Shown here piece by piece: positions 9,443 through 18,600 of a stretch of DNA of 22,393 nt. Position 1 is the first letter of the stretch; every line of letters begins with the position of its first letter. A program made the translations under genes and the position numbers. The notes under the pieces are model-generated. The model was not told where the DNA came from and did no database searches. It saw nothing but the letters and a program-made list of their open reading frames with translations. This stretch comes from Chiloscyllium plagiosum (taxonomy: Eukaryota). The stretch lies in NCBI RefSeq assembly GCF_004010195.1, contig NC_057720.1:4449800-4472192 (forward strand), written 5' to 3'.

Positions 9443-9461
9443 TGAACTTTGGTCCTGATAA
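9443..9461 (-). promoter_or_regulatory. HNF4-type DR1 site with adjacent GATA motif
   Basis: TGAACTTTGGTCC (reverse complement GGACCAAAGTTCA) immediately followed by TGATAA, 60-80 bp upstream of the TATA box. Confidence 0.6.
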
Positions 9462-9521
9462 AAAGTGGTTTACTCAGCAACTTGATGACTCCAAGTGGTC
9501 ACCTGATGCAGGGTTACTGAC

Positions 9522-9528
9522 TATATAT
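9522..9528 (+). promoter_or_regulatory. TATA box of the vitellogenin promoter
   Basis: TATATAT starting 41 bp upstream of the ATG; implies a start near 9550-9556 and the very short 5'UTR typical of vtg genes. Confidence 0.85.
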
Positions 9529-9562
9529 GAGGAGACAGAATCCAACCAACTCCAGATTCAAC

Positions 9563-9602
9563 ATGAAGGCAATCATCTTCTTGTTGGCTCTCGCCTTTGC
9601 GG
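9563..9602 (+). CDS. vtg: Vitellogenin exon 1 (signal peptide MKAIIFLLALAFA-G)
   Basis: ATG at 9563, 41 bp after the TATA box; hydrophobic signal peptide; donor G|gtaagg; 40 coding nt as in other vertebrate vtg genes. Confidence 0.95.
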
Positions 9603-12600
9603 GTAAGGCAGAACTTGAAACATTCCCCTCTCCTGACCCCTACTATTTTTTCAAAAGCAAAATCTTGACCATTTGGTAAAGTCTATTCTCATTTATATTT
9701 CTTCTTTAATTTTCAGGAAGTGAACATGTCAACAGATATAGTATGTATTTTGTATTCATACACTGTGAATATTTTTTGCTACCATTTCAGTTTGATACTT
9801 TACAATTTGATGCTACTTAACTGTTTCAATTTATGCAGGTCCCAGCTTCTCTGTAAACAAGGTGCACGTTTACAAATACGATGGTGTGATTCTGACTGGA
9901 CTACCGGAGAAAGGCTTGAACAGAGCTGGTATTAGAATTAGCAGCAAAGTGAAAGTCAGCGGACTTGGGGCAAATCAATTCCTTCTTCAGGTAAGGAGAT
10001 TTGTGGATTTTGCTGTGGTATGAGATCAGAGCGATCAAGTGGAAATAGAATAATTTCATTCAAGAGTTTGAATTGGATCCTTCAGCCATGGAAATGGGTT
10101 TTACTTAAGAAATAAAATAGAAGTTCCTATGTTCGATCAGACCTAAACTTTTAAAATAGCATTAAAGCATCCAAAGCAATTAACAATGTGCTTGCGGCTT
10201 TAAATTTATTATTGTTTTGATGACAGGAATGAAGTGTTTTAGTGAGAAAATAATAAGATCTACCAAAGCCATAATTTTCCATGCCACAGTTTTCCAGGTC
10301 CAGCCACATGAATGTGCAAAATGAACTTGTTTACACCTTTCACTAAGACCAAGAGACAAAAGTGAGATGCTCCATAAATTTTTCATGACTTCCAAGGCAA
10401 AAGCAGATCCTAAAGTAAGAAAGTAATGAGTAGTTAGCCTAACAACACTCATGATTCGGAGGTGCCGGTGTTGGACTGGGGTGTACCAAGTTAAAAATCA
10501 CATAACACCAGGTTATAGTCCAACAGGTTTTCTTGTAAACACTGGCTTTCAGAGCGCTGCTCTTTCATCAGGTGGTTGTGTGATTTTTAACAACACACAA
10601 GAGGCTTTAAGCCATCCAGGATAAAACAGCCTGCTCGTTCAGCAACACATCCACAAATATCCATTTCCTCCATCACCAACACTCAGTAATAACAGTGTGT
10701 ACTATCAACAAGATTCACTGCAGAAATTCAACAATGATCCTCAGACAGCACCTTCTAAACTCACAACTACTTCCATCTAGAAGGACAAAGGCAACTGATA
10801 CATGGAACACTACCACCTGTAGGTTGTCCTCCAAGCCACTTAACCAACCTGGCTTGGAAATATATTGCCTTTCCATTACTGTCCCTGGTCAAAATCCTGC
10901 AATTCCCTCCCTAACATCATTGTGAGTCTACCTACAGCACAGGAACTACTACAGTTCAAGAAGACAGCTCACCACCACCTTCTCAAGGGATGAGCACTAA
11001 ATGCTGGCCCAGCCAGCAATGCTCAGGTCCCACAGGAAATTTTGTAGAAGTACAGAGCCAAGGTAATTATGTGAGGGAACAAGGAAAGGGACAAATACTG
11101 ATCTGGTTAGATGATAGAAAATGAAAAAATGCTCACGAAACAAAACCTAAAGGCACGGATATGTTTGGCCAAATGGCCTTTAACTGACAGTAATTATTCG
11201 GTGCACATGTACTGAAAATTGTGCAAGTCAACTATGAACCCATTTATACTGGCTGGTTAGAGTATCAATCAGGATTAATCTTGTGCAATTTGCCATATCA
11301 AAAATGTCTGCAAGGCTCCAATCGCTGTTAAAGTGCACATATACAAAAGAATGCAAAGTGTTCAAGAAGCCCAAAGGAGTGTGTCTCTGAACGCTTCATA
11401 AACGGAGTTTGGTGCTGCTTTGGATATGCTCCTCAACTTCCCAGATGGTTTGGTGCAGGAGATCAGTCAGAATGCGTAAGAAGTCAGAATTGAAGGATTG
11501 GGCAGTTTCGATTAGTTAGTTGAGATGATGACAGTTACACGCATATAATAGCAATGTAAATATGGGTGAAAATCGTATCTTTTCCATGGATAAAGCCAAG
11601 TTGGTGGTAAATTATGTATTGACTCTGGCACAGTGTTAATTTCTGGTCCATTTCTTCATCTCAGCTTGAAAACCCTCAGCTTCAAGAGCTGAATGGAATT
11701 TGGCCCAAAGACCCGTTTTCATCTCTCCGGCAGCTGACAAATAAACTGGCCACACACCTGATCACGCCTGTGAAGTTTGAGTACAGTAATGGCCGAGTGG
11801 GATCTATCTCCGCTCCTGAAAAACTACCTGAAGATATCTTGAACATTCACAGAGGAATCCTGAACATTTTGCAGATCACCATGAAAAAATCCCAAAACTT
11901 CTATGATTTGCAAGAGGTACTTTCTTTTTATCACAAAACCTTACAATTCTTTGGCTCTTACTGTGTCTCATGCAATTTTGCAAAGCATGCAGTTATGGCC
12001 TTCCTATATAAGGAAGGATGTGCAGAGGGAACGGAGTAAAGATTCACTAAGGGACCGTAGGACTGATGTATGAGGAAATATTGATTTGATTGAACTTGTA
12101 TTCACTGGAGTTTAGAAAAACATGAGAGAGGACCTGATTAAAATTTATAAAGTTCTAACAGAGCTGGCCACACAAGAGGATATTGCCCCTTGGTGTTAAC
12201 ACTATATATCAAGGGTGACAGTCTTGGAATACAGGGTAGACTATTTAGGACTGAGATGTGGAAACATTTCTTCACACAGAAAATATAGTCAAAATGATGT
12301 TTAAAGGCACAAAGAGGGCTGGAGGGGAAACCACAATATGGTATTGAGTTAGAGGGTCAGCCATGATCAGGCTGACTGGTGGAGCAATCCCAAAGAGTTG
12401 AATCAGCTTATGCCATCTCTTCATTGTTATCTTTCAATAATTCCATTTTATTTTAACATTTCTAGGCTGGAATTGAAGGAATCTGCCATGCAAGATACAT
12501 AGTTCAAGAGGATAGAAGAAATGAACGTTTGATTATTTTAAAAGCAAAAGACCTCACCAACTGTCAAGAGAGGATTTTAAAACAAACTGGAACAGTTTAC

Positions 12601-15600
12601 ACCCAGCTCTGCCCTTCCTGTCAACAGGTACATTTTTCATCATCATTTCTTTCTCAAATTATTCCACGCTAACTCACAGTTGAAGTAAGATTTTTGCAGA
12701 CGGAGAGTACATACACATACATAGGATACACATACATACACATTATAGGATACACATACATACACATATATACACATATATAGGATGCACATACAGTGTC
12801 AACCTACCCGGTTTAAAGTTTACGCAAAGCCCTACACTTGACTGTTGATTGCTATTATCTTGCACGTTCTCCAGAGTAACGTCTCAACCATCAGAGACCA
12901 CCTTCCCAGCCACCTGCCCCTTGAATTGGAATCCTTTCGAGACTGGGCGTTGGCTAGCTCAGTTGGTTGGATAGCTGGTTTGCAATGCCAACTAACACCA
13001 ACAGTTCACTTTAAATTCCCGCCCCATGAAGAAATCTTCTTCTCGACCTCTCTCCTTGTCTGAAGCACGGTGATCTTCAGGTTAAACTCCCACCAGTTGC
13101 TTCTCTCTACTGAGAGAGCAGCATTGTGGTCTGGTAGCACGGTGGCATCACTATCTTTTACTGATGAGTTCAAGATGAAAACCTTCAATAAAATGCTCTT
13201 ATTGTCAAGAACTAAAAATAAGATCATTGTCAGTTTGAATCCAGCTCACAACTGAAAGGCACCATTCTCTCATCTCTAAGGTGGATTAGGTCATGCCTGA
13301 CTGTGTTTTCTGAACCTACCAATGGAAATACTCAGAAGCATAACAATGGAGATGTTGTTTTCCTATTTTCAGAGAGGCAAGAATATTCGTGCATCTGCTG
13401 CTACCACCATTGTCCTGAAACCTACACCTACAGGTGCAATCATTCACGAAGCCAGGTTACGAGAGTTTCATCAATTTACACCATTCCATGAACTTGATGG
13501 GACTGTTCACGTAGAGGCCAGGTAAGGCTGTGGACCTTATACAACCAATCCACCTAATTTCTAAGATTTCTCACCATATCATATTACCTTCCATTCATTA
13601 CGAGTGCCTGTAACTTACAACTTGCAGTTATCTGTAACACCTGTAAATCTAAATCAAGATTAAATTTAGTCCGGAGCACGAAGGTGCCATTTACTAATGT
13701 GTGAAACAAAAAGGTGTCCCCACTGACCCTAAACCCAATCCTTTTTCCACTTTATAAGTAGCAGATTGGCTTTCTTTCATTGTCACCTTCATTGGAACTA
13801 GCTTCTGATGACCATTTCCCAATGCAGGCAAAGCCTTATCTTGGAGAAGATCATATCTCAATCCATGGAGCAATTACCAGAAATGCCAAAACGTGGAAGC
13901 TTACAATATCGCAGTGTGAACAATGTTCTCCAGCAACCATTCCAGCTGCTTAAGGAGACGAATTTGAACAAACAGGTGAACATATTAGCAAATATTATTT
14001 CTATATTTAAATTCATTCACGGGATGTGGGTCTCTGGTAAGGTGAGCATTTATTGCCTTTAAAAAAGTTGTTGTGAGCCACCATTATGAGCGTTTCTTTT
14101 CATTCATTGGATGTGGGTGTCGCTGACTGGACCAGCATTTACTGCCCATCCCTAATTGACCAGAGAAATCTGGAGTTAATGTAGGCCAGACTAAGTAAGG
14201 ACATACATTTCCCTCTCTAAAGGATATTGTGAACCATTAACAACAATCATCATTAGGTAGCCATCTCTCTATTACAGACTTTTATCAAATTCATATTTCA
14301 CCATGATGGGATTTGAACCCATACCCCCAGAACATTGGCCTATGTTTCTGGATTGTCAGTGACATTACCACTATGCCACTATTACCACAATGATTCAGTG
14401 CTTGGGCTGTGAGCACAGCCATGAGGGAGGGGGATTTATCTCAAGAGGGTTGGAATATAAAAGCACCGTTGTGCTACTGAGACTTTATAAAGCTCTGGTT
14501 AAGCCCCATTTGGAGTACTGTGTCCAGTTTTGGTCCCCACACCTCAGGAAGGACATACTGGCACTGGAGCGTGTCCAGCGGAGATTCACATGGATGATCC
14601 CTGGAATGGTAGGTCTAACATACGAGGAACGGCTGAGGATCCTGGGATTGTATTCATTGGAGTTTAGAAGATTAAGGGGAGATCTATTAGAAACTTACAA
14701 GATAATACATGGCTTGGANNNNNNNNNGATTGATAAATTCTTGATGTCACAAGGAATTAAGGGCTATGGGGAGAATGTGGGTAAGTGGAGTTGAAATGCC
14801 CATCAGCCATGATTGAATAGGGGAGTGGACTCGATGGGCCGAATGGCCTTACTTCCACTCCTATGTCTTATGGTGTTATGGTCTTATGGGATACCAAGAT
14901 TTTGACCCTGCTAAAGATGGCCACTGGAGGAATGGTGATATTGTCCAAAATTAGACTTGGAGTGGAGTCAGAGTTGGTGTGGCTCAGAGGGGATCTTCAA
15001 GATGGGGAACATTTCATTCCAACTGCTGCCCTTATTCTGGGTTGTGGAGGTTGTAGGTTTGAAAGATGCTGTCAAATTAGCCTTAGTGAGTTACTGCATT
15101 GCATCTTTATATACACCTCTGCTGCCTCTGTGCATCAATGATGGACAGTAAGAACATTTCAGGCACTGATGGCAGTTGTCAATTAAGTGGGCTGCTTTGC
15201 CCAAGATGGCATTGAGTTTCTGGAGTGTTGTTGGAGCTGCACTTATCCAACCAATTCTTTGCCTCTTTCTGCAAACTTTGGCATAATTAATAAGCTTGAT
15301 TTTAATAAGTGTCCTACTTTTAAAAAATAGGTGATAAGTATCTTGACTCACATGGCTCAGCACAACGTGCAGGAAGTTCAAACCGATGCACCAAATCGAC
15401 TCATTCAACTTGTCCAGTTACTCCGCTCAATTCCATACCGCATCTTCGGAGAAATTTGGCAATCAATTGAACATCAGCCTGAACAAAGGTAAAAACATTA
15501 ACATTACAACTTAAATTGAACTTTTTACATTATTATAATTACCTACAAAATATTTTGAGTTGGAAGATTAACAGTGACTATCATTCAACAATATCATGAG

Positions 15601-18600
15601 CAATAGGACTCTTCTGCTCTGGTTCGCAATTGAAAATCTACATCTCTAAGTGTTTTTAGTAGTAATCAGAAGTGTAACTTGAATTTATCACTTTGGACAA
15701 TCTCAGTTAAAATCCACTGAATCTGTCAATGACTTGTGGTGTGGAATGATGTTTCTCTGGATGGCTGCTCCTCCCTGTATATTTTTCTTTGCTGCTTGCT
15801 GCTGTGTTCCTTCTTCAGCTGTTCATAACAACCTCCCATTTCCAACTTCAATGATAAAGAAGCTGTAAAATTTGAAAAGAAAAGAATGCCTTATTCATGA
15901 GCACATAAACATTAGCCATCTTTCTGTTGGAAACTTCACTGCTGTTGCTCAACTTGCCCCAGAAATCCATGGGTCCTGGCTCATTGCTGTGGGTTTTAGA
16001 ACCTTCACTTCAGCCTAGGGTGACCTGCAAAAGAGCAGAAATCACCATTCTCCTGAAGTCTCAACTAACTTTGCCAACCAAAGGAATATTCTAGAGTCAT
16101 AGAGATGTACAGCACGGAACAGGCCCTTCAGTTTTACCAACCAGATATCCTAAACCTAATCTAGTCCCATTCGCCAGAACTTGGCCCACATCCCTCTAAA
16201 CCCTTCCTATTCATATACCCATCTCGATGCCTTTTAAATGCTGTAATTGTACCAGACTCCATCACTTGCTCTGGCAGGTCATTCCATATACACACCACCC
16301 TCTGCGTGAAAAAATTGTCCCTTTCCTCTCTCACCCTAAATTTATGCCCTTTAGTTTTGGACTCCCCCACCCTGGGGGAAAGACTTTGTCTATTTATCCT
16401 ATCCACGTCCCTCATGATTTTATAAACCTCTATGAGATCATGCCTCAGTGTCCGAAGCTTATTAAAATGAAAAATAAGGTATAAGTTTATCAATGGCTGT
16501 CACATTTGGAACCTTCAACTTTCTAGTATAATAATCCATGATGGTCAGATTGTTTTTGTCTTAAGGATAGATTTGATCAACTAACAAGCCAGTTCCATAC
16601 AACAATCTCATCACTCGTTGCTAACCAGGGATTCTCAAATGTAGAGGATGAGTGAGCTGGTGTTGGGATGGGAGATGTTTTGTTGGTACAATGATAATTC
16701 AAACTCCAAAGTGGCTGCATCTTCAAACTGTACTTTAACTCATTGTAACAATTAATAGCAAGTGGTACAGCATGGCCTATCAATTTGTTTCCTTCCTTTC
16801 ACAGAATGTGAGCGTTGCTGACTAGGCCAACATTTCTCACCTGCTCCTAATTGCCTTAGTAAAGGTGGTGGAGAGCCACCTTCTTAAAGTATAGCAGTCC
16901 TTGGAGTCTAGTAACACCCAAGATGCCATTAGGAAGGGAGTCATAAGATATATAGCATTAATAGTGAAGAAATAGTAATACATTTCCAAGATAGGACTGC
17001 ATGTGGTTTGGAGGGGATCTTGCAGATGATGGTTTTCCCATGCATCTGCTGCTCTAGGTAGTAGAGGCTGGAAGGTTTACAAAAAGCTGCCTCAGGAATT
17101 AACAATGAAGCATTTCAAATGTTGCTGTGCAATCCATCAGGTTATTGAAATGGTATATTGAAAGGATAAATTTTGATTCCTTATCAGAATATGGACATAG
17201 CTAGCAAAGTACAACACTTTCCAACTCATTATAGTCCTCCTGCAAAAGTAGCAGTGAGCTCTCTTCTTGAACTGGTGTGGTTTCTGCAGTGAATAGAACT
17301 TGGAATAGCAGGATTGTGACTGATGATTTTAAATGAGAGAATGAATGAAAACTAGACGAAATTCTCATTTATTCACGAACTATAGGCACTGGTTCCTCGA
17401 GGCACTTCCTGCTGTTGGAAGAATTGAATCTCTGAAATTCCTAAAGAGCAGAATTCAAGCATCAGACAATGTCAGAGCTGAACTAATTCAGCTTCTCGTT
17501 CTCGCTATGCACCAAATCAGAACTGACCGAGATGTTCTAAACTTAGCGATGGTGAGTACATTATTAAAAATAAAATTGTTCTTGCAGTATGGCCATCTTT
17601 AGCAATCATTAGCCAAGTGGACAACTTCACATAAGCCATGATTGCAGGGACTGGAATTCTGCTAAGAATAGTAGATTTCATTCTCCCAAAATTATCAACG
17701 AATCCATTGACATTTTAGCAAATAAATTCTGACAACTTATAGTCATTGAGATTTACAGCACAGATAAAGATCCTTCGGCCTATCATATCTGTGCTGATCA
17801 AAAACAATGACCTAACTATTCTAATCCCATTCACCAGCACTTGGCCCACAGTCTTGTAAACTTTCACACCACAAGTGCGCATCCAAATACTTCTGCAATG
17901 TTAAGAGGGTTTCTGCCTCGAGCATGCCTACAGGCGGTGAATTTCAGATTCCTACCACCCTCTGGGTGAAAAAGCTTTTCCTCACATCCCTCTAAACCCC
18001 TTGTCCCTTACCTAAGATCTACACCCTCTGGTCATTAATGCCTCCATCAAGTGGAAACATTTCTTCCTGTCTACTCTGCCTATGCCTGTCATAACTTTCT
18101 CTGTCTCAATCATTTCCTCTCAACTTCCTTTGCTCCAAGGACAATAACCCCAGTCTGTCCAATCTCTCTTCATAAGTGATACTCTTCAGCCAAAGTAACA
18201 TCTGGGTAACTCTCCCTCTGTAGTCTCTCCAGTGCTATCATTTCCTATAATGTGGATCCTGGAAATGCACGCAATACTCTAACTGTGGCCTAGCCATAGT
18301 TTTATACAGTTCCAGCATCACCTGTTCTTAAACTCATAGCCTCCACTAATGAAGGAAAGTATCCTAAATGCTTTTTTAATCACTTTATCCCCTACTTTAC
18401 AACCTAAGGGACCCGTGGACATGCACACCAAGGTCCCTCTTATCCTTTCTGTTTATCAGGGTCCTGCCATTCACCATGTATTGCCTTGCCTTTTTGCTTG
18501 ATGGTCACTTTAAAGTTGCAGATTTTTAAACTGGTTTCACACTCTACATGAAGTGGGATCCAACTCAGGCTCTCTGGATCATTTGTCCAGAACCATAATT

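Larger units (their letters stand above)
14005..15250 (-). mobile_element. RTE-X-like LINE 3' part carrying two nested insertions
   Basis: Pieces 14005-14090, 14390-14431 and 14890-15250 are collinear with the reverse complement of 10605-11040. Confidence 0.7.

Noticed and set aside
9497..9509. GGTCAccTGATG as a full ERE
   Set aside because: Wrong spacing and a poor second half; counted only as a half-site.
12354..13303. GGTCAgccaTGATC (near 12355) and GGTCAtgccTGACT (near 13289)
   Set aside because: 4-bp spacers do not fit an ERE; the first is inside a CR1 tail.
14390..14794. 134-aa ORF
   Set aside because: CR1 fragment read across an N gap; its continuity is an assembly artefact.
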